64,000 nucleotides of DNA from Alkalispirochaeta sp. (lineage in GTDB: Bacteria; Spirochaetota; Spirochaetia; DSM-27196; Alkalispirochaetaceae): assembly GCA_965242725.1 (NCBI GenBank), contig CBDESZ010000018.1, forward strand, positions 352,001 to 416,000. The letters are read 5' to 3'. Of this stretch, positions 51,278 to 61,866 are shown piece after piece. The notes beneath the pieces are model-generated. The model was not told the DNA's origin. It did not search any database and saw only the letters and a list, made by a program, of their open reading frames with translations. Position numbers and translations under genes: made by a program. Within the stretch, counting starts at the first letter, position 1; each line of letters begins with the position of its first letter.

Positions 51278-52345
51278 CTATCCGTGTCGCTTTACAGACT
51301 TCTCCGCCTTCCGTTTGATGCGATTCCAGATACCCGACATCCCCATTGCCTTGCGAACTTCCTGCAGTGTTTCCCGTGCCACAGTTCGCATCGTCTCCGT
51401 TCCCCGGTAGATAACCTCGTCCACCAGCCCCGATTGGCGGGCGTATTCTTCCCGCTTCTCCCTGATGGGATCGAGAAAGGCATTGAGTGCCGCGGCAAGC
51501 TTTTCCTTGACCTCAACATCACCGACTCGTCCCGCCCGGTACCGTTCCTTCAGGTCCCGTACCTCTTCTCGATCGGGATTGAAGACGTCGTGATAGCTGA
51601 AAACCGGGTTCCCCTCGACCGTGCCGGGCACGTCCGCGCTGATCCTGTTGGGATCGGTATACATTCCCCGGACTTTCCTGTTCACCGTCGCGCCGTCGTC
51701 GGAAAGCATAATGGCGTTGTTGAGAGACTTTGACATCTTTGACGCGCCGTCGGTCCCGACGAGGGTGGGAACATCGCCTACCATGACATCCGGGACCGGG
51801 AAGACGTCACCGTAGAGATAGTTAAAACGACGGGCAATCTCCCGTGTCAGTTCCACATGCGCCTCATTGTCCTTGCCGACCGGAACGAGGTGGGCTCGGG
51901 GCAGCAGAATATCGGCGCTCTGCAGGACGGGATAGCCAAGCAATCCAAACGGCATTTCCGTCAGATTGGCGTTCCGGGCCATATCCTTCAGGCTGGGAAG
52001 ACGCTGCAGCCGGGGTACGGTGACCAGCATCTCCAGAAGAAGATTGAGTTCATAAATTTCCGGCACGGCACTTTGGAGATAGATCGTCGACCGCTCCGGA
52101 TCGATCCCGACGGAGAGATAGTCAAGGACCATGTCACGTGCGTTTTGCGCGATTTCATCGATGGCGCTCTTCTCCGGCCGCGTCGTCAGGGTATGGAGAT
52201 CTGCGATGATGAAATAACACTCATATTCATCCTGCAGTCGAACGCGGTTCTGCAGCGATCCTACATAATGTCCGAGGTGAAGTTTTCCCGTCGGCCGGTC
52301 TCCCGTAAGGATTCGTTTCTTCTGCTCACTCACTGGTTGCCTCAT
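51278..52345 (-). CDS. trpS: Tryptophan--tRNA ligase (start 52345 or GTG 52333)
   Basis: [39 protein letters not shown]. Confidence 0.96.
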   Translation of the reverse strand: MRQPVSEQKKRILTGDRPTGKLHLGHYVGSLQNRVRLQDEYECYFIIADLHTLTTRPEKSAIDEIAQNARDMVLDYLSVGIDPERSTIYLQSAVPEIYELNLLLEMLVTVPRLQRLPSLKDMARNANLTEMPFGLLGYPVLQSADILLPRAHLVPVGKDNEAHVELTREIARRFNYLYGDVFPVPDVMVGDVPTLVGTDGASKMSKSLNNAIMLSDDGATVNRKVRGMYTDPNRISADVPGTVEGNPVFSYHDVFNPDREEVRDLKERYRAGRVGDVEVKEKLAAALNAFLDPIREKREEYARQSGLVDEVIYRGTETMRTVARETLQEVRKAMGMSGIWNRIKRKAEKSVKRHG

Positions 52346-53459
52346 TTTCCTTTTCCGCGCCTCTTTGACGCCGTATTTTGTAGTTACCGGTTCCCATGAG
52401 AATTCCGAATGGCTCAAGGCCGGGCACATTTTCAAATATGATCTTTATGACGACAGTCATCGGTACCGCAAGAAACAATCCGGCCGTTCCCCAGAGCCAC
52501 CCCCACATGAGCAGGGAGAGGAGGATGACGACGGGAGAGAGATTCAGACTGTCGCCGAGAAGTTTCGGATCGAGGATATTCCCGATGATGAACTGCGTCG
52601 CCGACATGCTGATAATCGTCACGATGATCGGGTTCCACTCCGGCAGAAACTGAACGAGCGCGAATATCGCGGTTATGACGGTAATCGCGATGGAACCGAT
52701 GCTTGGAATGAAATTGAAGAGAAATGTCATCACCGCCCAGATAAAGGGAAAATCGACGCCGATGAGTCGAAAAGCGGTGTAGACAATCACCGCCGTGAGA
52801 CCGCTGACGAGGATCTTTACCGCCATGTACCGTCCGATCTGACTGGTAACATGAATCAAGACGCGATTGAACCGGCGTGTCGTTTCATACCGGACGGCAA
52901 GTTCCATCTTTCTCCGGACGTACGGTTTTTCAAGGAGCAGAAAGAGGAGGAAGATGAAGACGAGCATGAAGCCGCTGAGAAAGGACATGAGATTTCCCGA
53001 GAGGTCGAGAACCATATTCCCCACCGTCCTGGTCACTTCGAGATCACTGATGATCGTCGAGGGCAGGTCAAAGCGCATAATCATGTCTGAAAGGAGCTGG
53101 GTGAAACGCTGCTGATAGCGGGGAAACTCTCTCAGGAGGCTCTGTACGCTGGTATAGACGATCTGAAATCCCAGATACCCGAAGGCAAGAAAGACGATGA
53201 GTACCAGAGAAATGGCGAGAAACCGGGGCATCCTGTGCTTTGTCAGAAAGGTCGCCATCGGAGAAAAAACGAAGGAAAGCAGAATGGCGATGACAAAGGG
53301 TATAAAGATCTCCCCCGTCAGACGCAGGACGCCTCCCACGGCGACGAGGGCGATAATAAAGAGATACACGGTGCTGGCCCGTAAAAAACCCTGGGGCATC
53401 CTGATCTGTCTCAGCGCAGCACTCCGGGATGTGGAATCGGACTTTTTGTCATGATCCAT
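52326..53459 (-). CDS. AI-2E family transporter
   Basis: Multi-TM protein; [37 protein letters not shown]. Confidence 0.88.
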   Translation of the reverse strand: MDHDKKSDSTSRSAALRQIRMPQGFLRASTVYLFIIALVAVGGVLRLTGEIFIPFVIAILLSFVFSPMATFLTKHRMPRFLAISLVLIVFLAFGYLGFQIVYTSVQSLLREFPRYQQRFTQLLSDMIMRFDLPSTIISDLEVTRTVGNMVLDLSGNLMSFLSGFMLVFIFLLFLLLEKPYVRRKMELAVRYETTRRFNRVLIHVTSQIGRYMAVKILVSGLTAVIVYTAFRLIGVDFPFIWAVMTFLFNFIPSIGSIAITVITAIFALVQFLPEWNPIIVTIISMSATQFIIGNILDPKLLGDSLNLSPVVILLSLLMWGWLWGTAGLFLAVPMTVVIKIIFENVPGLEPFGILMGTGNYKIRRQRGAEKENEATSE

Positions 53460-53516
53460 GATCGCTACCCTATAAGGCAAACCGCCTTTATTCAACGGCA
53501 CAGCCGACGCTGAGAT

Positions 53517-53567
53517 AAGAAAGCGCCTCGACTTCCGCCCGACATTGTGTCGAACCCGCCGAGGCGC
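53517..53567 (-). terminator. Probable terminator of the pdh operon
   Basis: Minus strand GCGCCTCG...CGAGGCGC stem with an inner CGACA/TGTCG stem, followed by TTTCTT, just past the lpdA stop. Confidence 0.5.
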
Positions 53568-53592
53568 CCCGGATCTCGCGTATGCCGCCGGA

Positions 53593-54984
53593 TTAGAAGT
53601 GGATCGCCCACCCTTCGGCGGCACGGGCGCTTTCCATCACCGCCTCCGAAAGCGTCGGATGGGCGTGAATCATCGTCGCAATGTCCTCCGGCAGGAGTTC
53701 CGCCTTCTTGGCAAGAAGGAGCTCATGGATCAACTCCGTGGCATTGTACCCGACGATGTGGGCACCGAGTATTTCCCGTGTCTCCTTGTCCAGAACGACC
53801 TTTACGAGGCCTTCGCTCTTTTCAACGGCGACGGACTTGCCGGCACCGCGATAGGGGAAGGTCGCCACATCAACGGGCCGCTTCCGCTCCTGTGCGGCCT
53901 TTTCGGTCAGACCGAAACTGCCGATCTCCGGTTCGCAGTACACGGCGGACGGAATCGACTGGGGATCAATTTTCGCCTCCGGCGAGTGGCCCGCCATGTA
54001 TTCAACGGCGATTTCTCCCTCTTTGCTTGCCACATGGGCGAGAAGCGGTGAGGCGATGACGTCGCCGATTGCGTAAACGCCCGGCACGGACGTCTGGTAA
54101 TAGTCACCCACGGTGATGAACCCCTTTTCCGTCTTCACACCGATTGTATCAAGACCGAGATTTTCGGAGTTGGGCGCCCGCCCGACGGCAACGAGGATCT
54201 TGTCTGCGTTGAGGGTCTCCTTGGAGCCGTCGGCGCTTTCCACATCCAGCTTTATTCCTTTGCCCTTGGTGTCCAGATTTGTCGCTTTTGTACCGGTCAT
54301 CGTTTTCACGCCGTACCGTTTGAACGCCTTTGCAACGATGTCCACCGTTTCGGCGTCTTCAAGGGGCAGCAGCTGATCAAGCATTTCCACCACCGTCACA
54401 TCTACGCCGAAGGCGTTCATGACATAGGCAAATTCCATACCGATCGCCCCGGCACCGAGAATGATCAGCGACTTCGGCAGCTCCGACATCCCGAGAATAT
54501 CTCGCGATGAAAGAACCTTTTTCCCGTCAAACTCAAAACCGGGAATCTCCCGGGAACGGGACCCGGTGGCAATGAGAATGTTTTTGGCGGAAATACTCTT
54601 CTTCCCGTCGATGGATACTTCATGGGCTGCGGTAAACTGCGCCGTACCCTCTATGTATTCGATCTTGTTTTTCTTGAGAAGGGACTGCACGCCTTTGGAC
54701 AGCTTGGACGCCGCGTCACGTGATTTTTTGTGAACTTTTCCGTAATCAAGGCCGCTCTTATCCACGGTGACGCCGATTTTTTGCAGCTCCTCCGTGTCGT
54801 GCATGATTTCAGCCTGATGGATAAGTGCCTTGGAGGGAATGCACCCCCAGTTGAGGCAGACGCCGCCCGGCGCCTCCTTCTCCACGACGGCCGCCTTTAA
54901 TCCGAGCTGGGAAGCACGGATCGCCGCGACATAGCCTCCCGGCCCCGCCCCTATGATAAGTACATCGTAATCGTAATCTGCCAT
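53593..54984 (-). CDS. lpdA: Dihydrolipoyl dehydrogenase (E3)
   Basis: GAGPGGY, GGVCLNWGCIPSK, GAGAIG, HAHPTLSE. Confidence 0.97.
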   Translation of the reverse strand: MADYDYDVLIIGAGPGGYVAAIRASQLGLKAAVVEKEAPGGVCLNWGCIPSKALIHQAEIMHDTEELQKIGVTVDKSGLDYGKVHKKSRDAASKLSKGVQSLLKKNKIEYIEGTAQFTAAHEVSIDGKKSISAKNILIATGSRSREIPGFEFDGKKVLSSRDILGMSELPKSLIILGAGAIGMEFAYVMNAFGVDVTVVEMLDQLLPLEDAETVDIVAKAFKRYGVKTMTGTKATNLDTKGKGIKLDVESADGSKETLNADKILVAVGRAPNSENLGLDTIGVKTEKGFITVGDYYQTSVPGVYAIGDVIASPLLAHVASKEGEIAVEYMAGHSPEAKIDPQSIPSAVYCEPEIGSFGLTEKAAQERKRPVDVATFPYRGAGKSVAVEKSEGLVKVVLDKETREILGAHIVGYNATELIHELLLAKKAELLPEDIATMIHAHPTLSEAVMESARAAEGWAIHF

Positions 54985-55012
54985 TGTTTTCCTCCCTGTA
55001 TTCCAGCTCGTC

Positions 55013-56356
55013 CTAGAAGATCATCCGGACAGGTTGTTCCATGATTCCCTGAAGATCTGCAAGGAATTTTCCACCTGCGGCGCCGTCGATAACACGATGG
55101 TCACAGGACAACGTCATTTTCATGATTGACGCGACACCGATGGAACCGTCGTCTTTGACGATCGGAGTCTTCCTGGTGGCACCGAGGGCGAGTATGGCCG
55201 AACCCGGGGGATTGATGATCGCCGTAAACTCCTCAACACCGAAAGAACCGAGATTGCTGATTGTGAACGTTGCACCGGTGTACTCACTGGGCTGGAGTTT
55301 TCCCTCCCGGGTTTTCCTGATCAGTTCCTGCAGCTCTTCATCGATTTCACGGACTCCCCTATTTCCGCAGTTCCGCACGACCGGCGTGATCAGCCCGTTG
55401 CCCAGATCCACGGCAAGACCGATATCGATGCTGCCGTACTGGACGATCTTGTCTCCCTGCCACGACGCATTGATATGGGGATGGCGCTTGATCGCCTCGG
55501 CGGCAAATTTGATGAAAAAGGCGTTGAGGGAAACTTTGTTGTCCAGCGTATCGTTGAGAAATTTTCTCGCGGCCACGATGTTTTCCATGGCAACCGACAT
55601 CTTGAGGTAGTAGTGGGGTGCGGAAAACTTGCTTTCGCTCAACCGCTTGGCGATGACCGCCCGCTTCCCTGCAACCGGGATTTCCTGGTCACCCGGCGCT
55701 GCCGCCCCCGCGGCGGGGGCGTTGCCGGTAACCGACGATGCCGGAATACCCCTGAACGATTCGATATCGCGTTTCACGATACGCCCGTCGGGACCGCTGC
55801 CGGTGACATAGGAGAGGTTGATATTCCGTTCCGCCGCGAGTTTCACCGCCAGGGGACTCGCCTTTATGCGTCCGCTTTCACCCCGCTGCGGTCCCGTCTG
55901 GGGAGCGGAACTCCTGGTTTCGTCCTTCCCGTCCGCCGGTTTTTCACTTTTCCCGGCTGTTGCCTTTTCCTGACTTTTTTCCTTTTCCCCGCCGGCCTCT
56001 TCTTTCTTTTTCCCGGCGTCGGGAGCGGGGGTACTCTCTTCTTTTTCTTCTTCTTTTTTGGCCCCCGATTCGCCGCCTTCCGCGGAGACGTCTTCCATGA
56101 TTGAGGAGATGTCCTCACCTTCCTCTCCGAGTATGGCGATCGTCTGACCTACGGTGGCGTTGTTGCCTTCGGTGACGACAATCTTGAGGAGCGTGCCCTC
56201 CTGGGTCGCCTCGTAATCCATGCTCGCCTTGTCGGTCTCCACCTCACAGAGGACGTCGCCGGCGGCGATGGTGTCGCCTTCCTTCTTATTCCAGCTCGTG
56301 ATGGTTCCCTCTTCCATGGTGGGAGAAAGAGCCGTCATCGGTATCTTTTCTGCCAT
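55013..56356 (-). CDS. pdhC: Pyruvate dehydrogenase E2 dihydrolipoamide acetyltransferase
   Basis: Lipoyl VETDKA, E3-binding ASPLA...GSGPDGRI, catalytic DHRVIDG. Confidence 0.95.
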   Translation of the reverse strand: MAEKIPMTALSPTMEEGTITSWNKKEGDTIAAGDVLCEVETDKASMDYEATQEGTLLKIVVTEGNNATVGQTIAILGEEGEDISSIMEDVSAEGGESGAKKEEEKEESTPAPDAGKKKEEAGGEKEKSQEKATAGKSEKPADGKDETRSSAPQTGPQRGESGRIKASPLAVKLAAERNINLSYVTGSGPDGRIVKRDIESFRGIPASSVTGNAPAAGAAAPGDQEIPVAGKRAVIAKRLSESKFSAPHYYLKMSVAMENIVAARKFLNDTLDNKVSLNAFFIKFAAEAIKRHPHINASWQGDKIVQYGSIDIGLAVDLGNGLITPVVRNCGNRGVREIDEELQELIRKTREGKLQPSEYTGATFTISNLGSFGVEEFTAIINPPGSAILALGATRKTPIVKDDGSIGVASIMKMTLSCDHRVIDGAAGGKFLADLQGIMEQPVRMIF

Positions 56357-56361
56357 TGGTC

Positions 56362-57342
56362 CTACTCCTTGTATGTTACCCGTTTCACTGCGGCGATTAC
56401 CTTTTCCACCGACGGCTGGATTGCGAGTTCCAGCGTGTGGTTATAGGGCATCGGCACGTCTTCACTGTGGACAAACTCCACAGGAGCATCGAGATCGTCA
56501 AAGCAATTCCGGGAGACGAGCCAGCCCACGTGTGAACCGACACTCGCCATCGGCCATGACTCGTCGATGACGACGGCCCGATTGGTCTTTCGGACGCTTC
56601 TATAAATCGTCTCTTCATCGAGGGGACGAAGGCTCCGCAGGTCGACCACTTCCGCATTAATGCCCATGTCGGCGAGCTCCTCCGCCGCTTTCAGGACCAT
56701 GTAGACCGGTTTGCCGTGGGCGATAAGGGTAACATCGTCGCCTTCCCGCTTGATATCGGCCTTGCCGAAAGGTATGAGGTACTCTTCCTCGGGCACCTCT
56801 CCCGTCCACCCGTAGGCGAGTTCGCTTTCCAGCATGATCACCGGATTGTCATCCCGTATCGCCGTCTTCAGGAGTCCCTTGGCGTCGTACGGCGTTGCCG
56901 GGGCGATAACTTTGAGCCCGGGAACATGGACAAAGAAGCTCTGCAGCGCCTGGGAGTGCTGGGAAGAGAGATACTCCGCCGGTCCGTTTGCACCGCGAAA
57001 GACGATGGGCACCTTCAGCTGTCCCCCCGACATATGGCGCAGCTTTGCTGCGTTGTTGATAACCTGATCGAGCGCGAGGAGGGCGAAGTTGAAGGTCATC
57101 CACTCCACAATCGGCCGCAGTCCGACGGTTGCCGCACCGACGGCGAGTCCGGAAAACCCGAGTTCCGTGATCGGCGTGTCCAGAACACGCTTTTCTCCGT
57201 ATTTGTCGAGAAGACCCTTACTTACCTTGTAGGCGCCGTTGTACTGCCCGACCTCTTCACCGAGGAGAAAAACCTTTTCGTCCCGAGCCATCTCCTCGTC
57301 CATGGCCTGGCGAATCGCTTCCCGCATTTGAATTTCTGGCAT
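56362..57342 (-). CDS. pdhB: Pyruvate dehydrogenase E1 beta
   Basis: GEEVGQYNGAYKVS, DTPITE, SQHSQ, DLRSLRPLD. Confidence 0.95.
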   Translation of the reverse strand: MPEIQMREAIRQAMDEEMARDEKVFLLGEEVGQYNGAYKVSKGLLDKYGEKRVLDTPITELGFSGLAVGAATVGLRPIVEWMTFNFALLALDQVINNAAKLRHMSGGQLKVPIVFRGANGPAEYLSSQHSQALQSFFVHVPGLKVIAPATPYDAKGLLKTAIRDDNPVIMLESELAYGWTGEVPEEEYLIPFGKADIKREGDDVTLIAHGKPVYMVLKAAEELADMGINAEVVDLRSLRPLDEETIYRSVRKTNRAVVIDESWPMASVGSHVGWLVSRNCFDDLDAPVEFVHSEDVPMPYNHTLELAIQPSVEKVIAAVKRVTYKE

Positions 57343-57364
57343 TCTTTACTCCTTTCGCTTCGCC

Positions 57365-58339
57365 TCAGGCGAGGATATCTTCATACATCGTATGGAGGGC
57401 CGGTTCTTCGCTCTTCTCCGCAAAATCAACGGAGTCTTGGACGATTTGCTTCATTTCATCGTCGAGCTTTTTGAAGTCCTCTTCCTTCAGGATCTTTGCC
57501 TCCATGAGCTGACTCTTCAGCTGGACGATGGGATCCTGCTTTTTGTACTGCTCCAGCTCATCTTTCGTCCGGTATTTGGCGGGATCGCTTATTGAATGGC
57601 CCTTGTACCGATACGTCTTCAGGTCAACCAGATAGGCCGTACCGCTCTTCCTGGACTCGTCGGCGACTTCCTTGAGCCCTTCATAGACATCCAGGAAATC
57701 CATTCCGTTGATCACCTTGCCCTTCAGACCGTATCCCTCGGCCTTGACTGAAAAGTCGTCGATACCGGAGACACGATGCACAGCGGTTCCCATTCCAAAG
57801 TGGTTGTTCTCCACGATATAGACAATCGGAATGTTCCAGATCTTTGCGAGATTGAGGCTTTCATGGAACGCGCCCTGATGTATGGCGCCGTCGCCGAAGA
57901 AGCAGAAGGTTACCCCCCCGTCTTCGTCGTACATGTGCTTGAATGCAACGCCCGTGGCAATGGGAATCTGCGCACCGACAATGCCGTTCCCGCCGAGGAA
58001 GTGGCGTTCGGCATCGAACATATGCATGGAACCGCCCTTACCCCGGACACACCCCGTTATCTTGCCGAAGAGCTCGGCCATGATGCTTTCCGGCGACATC
58101 CCGACGGCCAGCGCGTGTCCGTGGTCGCGATAGGAGGTAAGTATGTAGTCCTTGGCGAGATCCAGCGCCGCCACTGCACCGACCGCTACGGCCTCCTGTC
58201 CATTGTAGAGGTGGAGAAAGCCGCCGATTTTTCTCAGACCGTACATTTGTGCCGCTTTTTCCTCAAACCGGCGTATGAGCAGCATGTCCCGCAACGCCTT
58301 CATGAGAAAGTCCTTTTTGTATTTCTTGATATCCGACAT
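57365..58339 (-). CDS. pdhA: Pyruvate dehydrogenase E1 alpha
   Basis: IGGFLHLYNGQEA, YRDH, GKGGSMH, GDGA...ENN, YRYKGHS..DP; GGGAG precedes MSDIKK. Confidence 0.95.
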   Translation of the reverse strand: MSDIKKYKKDFLMKALRDMLLIRRFEEKAAQMYGLRKIGGFLHLYNGQEAVAVGAVAALDLAKDYILTSYRDHGHALAVGMSPESIMAELFGKITGCVRGKGGSMHMFDAERHFLGGNGIVGAQIPIATGVAFKHMYDEDGGVTFCFFGDGAIHQGAFHESLNLAKIWNIPIVYIVENNHFGMGTAVHRVSGIDDFSVKAEGYGLKGKVINGMDFLDVYEGLKEVADESRKSGTAYLVDLKTYRYKGHSISDPAKYRTKDELEQYKKQDPIVQLKSQLMEAKILKEEDFKKLDDEMKQIVQDSVDFAEKSEEPALHTMYEDILA

Positions 58340-58354
58340 GTTCACTCCCTCTGA

Positions 58355-58792
58355 TTACGCCGTAGCGCTGTAATGCTCGCCCTTCATGGGACGGTAATAG
58401 TCGATCTGCTCAATCATCGTCTCAATGACGACCAGGTCCGTTTCATTCGGGTTGATATGCCAGAACGCCATCATGTGAGGTCCTATCGCCTCGAGAACAT
58501 CCGACTTGAGGGTGGGATTGTCGATGATCGTCGCCTTTCCGACGATTTCCACAACCTCGTCGAGAGATTTCGTCTGGATGAGCCATGAGACTCGGGCGTG
58601 TTCATTGATGTGATTTACCTTCCGGAAACTCGGTGCCGTCACCGAATATAACGATCCCGACTGACCGCGAAGTACCGTCGGAGTCATCCAACGACTGGAG
58701 GGCCTCCCTTTTTCATCCACCGTCGAGAGAACGGCGGCGTGCGAACTGTCGAGTATGCGTTCCGCCACATCCAAGAGTGAGTTGAGCTCCAT
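58355..58792 (-). CDS. Pyridoxamine 5'-phosphate oxidase-like FMN-binding split-barrel protein
   Basis: LSTVDEKGRPSSRWM, RKV..I...ARVS; SD AGGAGG before ATG 58792; first gene of the pdh operon. Confidence 0.75.
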   Translation of the reverse strand: MELNSLLDVAERILDSSHAAVLSTVDEKGRPSSRWMTPTVLRGQSGSLYSVTAPSFRKVNHINEHARVSWLIQTKSLDEVVEIVGKATIIDNPTLKSDVLEAIGPHMMAFWHINPNETDLVVIETMIEQIDYYRPMKGEHYSATA

Positions 58793-59010
58793 TTTCCTTC
58801 CTCCTGCAATTCGTGAGTGCTTGATTTCTTCATGGTGACCGCTACAATGTAATAAAACCATCGGGTTTTGTAACCTCTCAAAACCGACAGGGAGCATAAT
58901 TGCTGACTAAAACAACTATACTTTAGTAGATATCCCTTGTTATACTCAGCAAAGGATAATTCTGTATCTATAAAAAGGCTGACAATTTCAGTCGGAAGTC
59001 AGGAGGGCTT

Positions 59011-60054
59011 GTGTTTCAGAAACAGGTTGTCATGCGACGGGTGGTTTTTTCCCTCATTCCCTTGTTTCTGTTTGCGACATTTCTCTACGGTTGGCGGGTG
59101 GTCGTCACCACCGCCCTGGTCTTTGCCCTTGGTATTGGGACGGAATACCTCTTTGAGAGAAGTCGCAAAAAGAAAGTAAGTGAAGCGGTTCTGGTAACAA
59201 GCGCGCTCTATGCGCTCTCATTGCCGCCGGCAACGCCGTTATGGATCGCGGCGATAGGCATCATTTTTGCCGTCGCCGTTGGAAAGGGCGTGTACGGGGG
59301 ATTCGGCCGAAATATCTACAATCCGGCTATTACCGGGCGACTCTTCATATACATTACCTTCCCCACGGTCCTCACCACGGCGTGGATGGTTCCGGCAATG
59401 GTTGATGTCGCCGGCGCCATGGGATTGACCGGCGCGTTCGGTACCTCCGGTCAGGTTGCCGTCGACACCATTACCGCGGCAACACCGCTTGCGGTCATGC
59501 GCTCCGGGGAAATGCCCAACCTGTGGAACCTCTTTCTCGGATTCCGCGGCGGATCGATGGGTGAAAGCAGTACGATCCTGATCATCGCCGCCGCCACCTA
59601 CCTCATGTGGACCAAAACGGCAAACTGGAAGTTCATCACCTCCACATTTACAAGCGCTCTCGTCTTTACAATCGCGTTTTACTTTGCCGACCTGATTCCC
59701 GGCGTATCTCCTTCGTCATATTCAGGGGCGGGACATCTGGTACCCATCGCGGCATACATGATGAGCGGAAGCATTCTCTACGTCGCCGTTTTCATGTCCA
59801 CCGATCCCATTTCCGGACCGAATAATCCAAAGGCCCAATGGGTGTACGGATTCCTCATCGGCGGTGTTTCCATGACCGTCCGCACCTTCAGCGGTTTTCC
59901 CGAGGGAACGAGTTTCGGCATCATGATCGGGAACACTTTCAGTGCCCTTCTTGATGAGCTGCTGCCCAAGAAGAAAAAGAAAAAACAGAAAAAGCAGAAA
60001 GTGGCGGCCGCGCCGCCGGAGACGGCTGATTCCGGTCAGGAGGCGACCGTATGA
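59011..60054 (+). CDS. nqrB: NqrB/RnfD family electron transport membrane subunit
   Basis: GGFGRNIYNPA, FMN-attachment DTITAAT, GSMGE, FMSTDP, FPEG; SD AGGAGG with GTG start. Confidence 0.85.
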   Translation: MFQKQVVMRRVVFSLIPLFLFATFLYGWRVVVTTALVFALGIGTEYLFERSRKKKVSEAVLVTSALYALSLPPATPLWIAAIGIIFAVAVGKGVYGGFGRNIYNPAITGRLFIYITFPTVLTTAWMVPAMVDVAGAMGLTGAFGTSGQVAVDTITAATPLAVMRSGEMPNLWNLFLGFRGGSMGESSTILIIAAATYLMWTKTANWKFITSTFTSALVFTIAFYFADLIPGVSPSSYSGAGHLVPIAAYMMSGSILYVAVFMSTDPISGPNNPKAQWVYGFLIGGVSMTVRTFSGFPEGTSFGIMIGNTFSALLDELLPKKKKKKQKKQKVAAAPPETADSGQEATV

Positions 60055-60656
60055 ACAAGCAGAGTCTCGTATATACCGTCATATTTACCTTCATCGTTTC
60101 CTTCGTGTTCGTACTTGTATTGTCTTTTGCAAACGAGGGTACCCGGGAACGGGTTGAACTGAACCAGCAACTCAATCGTCAGCGGGCGATCCTCAATGCC
60201 CTCGGCGTCGAGTATTCCGGACCGGATCAGGTACTGAGCCTCTTTGAGGATGTCGAGGAAGTCGAACGGGGAGGTATGACCTTTTACCGCACCGTCGTGG
60301 ACGGCGAGCAGGCGTACGCAAAAGAGTTCAACGGCAGCGGCCTGTGGGGCAATATCAACGGCATTATCGCCGTTGACGGAGAGGTGAACAGGACCCTCGG
60401 ACTGGAGATCATCAGTCATAATGAGACACCCGGCCTGGGAGGGCGTATCGATGAACCCTGGTTCAAGGAACAATTGCGGAATGAGCGCATCGTCGACGGC
60501 ACGATCCGCGTGAGCGGAGCCGGCGAAGGCGACGAGGATCACGACAACGGAGAAATTGACGCCATTACCGGTGCTTCGAGGACGAGTGATGCCATGCAAG
60601 TGATATTCAATAATCAGCTGTCGGACATTTCCGACGCATTGGGAGGTAACTCATGA
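60051..60656 (+). CDS. nqrC: NqrC/RnfG family FMN-binding subunit
   Basis: N-terminal TM, GSGLWG, HNETPGLG, flavinylation motif DAITGAS. Confidence 0.85.
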   Translation: MNKQSLVYTVIFTFIVSFVFVLVLSFANEGTRERVELNQQLNRQRAILNALGVEYSGPDQVLSLFEDVEEVERGGMTFYRTVVDGEQAYAKEFNGSGLWGNINGIIAVDGEVNRTLGLEIISHNETPGLGGRIDEPWFKEQLRNERIVDGTIRVSGAGEGDEDHDNGEIDAITGASRTSDAMQVIFNNQLSDISDALGGNS

Positions 60657-61258
60657 GCACCTCTGGTCAGATACTCAAAGACAATCTCTGGTCGAATAAT
60701 CCGATCTTTATGCAGGTTCTCGGAATATGTTCCGCCCTCGCGGTGACGAATCTGCTTGTAAACACGATGATCATGACCATCGGGGTGACCTTTGTGACGG
60801 CGATGTCGAGCTTCACCGTCTCGATGATCAAGTCGCTCATTCCCCGAAAGGTACGGATGATCGTACAGACCCTGGTCATAGCATTCTACGTAATCATCGT
60901 TGACATTCTCCTCAGGGCGTATCTTCCGGATATCAGTCGTGCCCTTGGACCGTATGTGGGGCTGATCATCACAAACTGCATCATCATGGGCCGGGCGGAG
61001 GCGTTTGCCCAGAGCAATCCGCCCCTCATTTCCATGTGGGACGGTGCGACCAGCGGCTTCGGCTATATGGCGGTACTGCTGACTATCGCATTTTTCCGGG
61101 AGCTCCTCGGCTTTGGAACGCTCTTCGGATACCAGGTATTACCCGACGCATTTGTACCGTGGACGATCATGGTTACCGCACCGAGTGCCTTTTTCTTCCT
61201 CGGCGGTATCATTTGGGCGGGCAAGACGATCATGAATCGTGAAGGAGCGGCAGCATGA
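60653..61258 (+). CDS. nqrD: NqrD/RnfE family subunit
   Basis: NNPIFMQVLGICSALAVT, VGLIITNCIIMGRAEAFA. Confidence 0.88.
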   Translation: MSTSGQILKDNLWSNNPIFMQVLGICSALAVTNLLVNTMIMTIGVTFVTAMSSFTVSMIKSLIPRKVRMIVQTLVIAFYVIIVDILLRAYLPDISRALGPYVGLIITNCIIMGRAEAFAQSNPPLISMWDGATSGFGYMAVLLTIAFFRELLGFGTLFGYQVLPDAFVPWTIMVTAPSAFFFLGGIIWAGKTIMNREGAAA

Positions 61259-61854
61259 ACGCGGCACCACTGTTAAATCCCTTTTCACTCTTTTTTGCGT
61301 CGATTTTTACGAGCAATATCCTTCTCGCAAACTTCCTCGGCATGTGCTCGTTCATATCCATATCCAAGGATATGACCTCTTCAAACGGACTGGGCATGGC
61401 GGTAACGGTGGTACTCACCATAACCACCGCACTCAACTGGGTTATTCTCAACTACGTGCTCGTCCCGCTGCAGGTGGAATATCTGCGCTTCATCGTATTC
61501 ATCATTTCCATCGCTGCGGTCGTTCAAATGCTTGAAATGATCATTGACCGTGTATCCCAGGCACTCTACATGAGTCTGGGAATCTTTCTGCCCCTCATCA
61601 CGGTTAACTGCGCAATTCTGGGTGTCTCCCTTTTCATGGAGATCCGGAATTACACGTTCCTCCAAAGCGTGATATACGGATTCGGTTCCGGCCTTGGATG
61701 GTGGCTCGCCATTATGGCTCTTTCGGCGATTCGGAAGAAAACCGAGAAGGCGCCGGTTCCCGCAGGACTGAAAGGGCCGGGAATCACCGTCATTACCATT
61801 GGGTTCATGGCAATGGCCTTTATCGGGTTTTCCGGCATGCTCTCGGTTCAATAA
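61255..61854 (+). CDS. nqrE: NqrE/RnfA family subunit
   Basis: FLGMCSF, GIFLPLITVNCAILG, VPAGLKG.GI. Confidence 0.88.
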   Translation: MNAAPLLNPFSLFFASIFTSNILLANFLGMCSFISISKDMTSSNGLGMAVTVVLTITTALNWVILNYVLVPLQVEYLRFIVFIISIAAVVQMLEMIIDRVSQALYMSLGIFLPLITVNCAILGVSLFMEIRNYTFLQSVIYGFGSGLGWWLAIMALSAIRKKTEKAPVPAGLKGPGITVITIGFMAMAFIGFSGMLSVQ

Positions 61855-61866
61855 GGAGTTCTTCAG

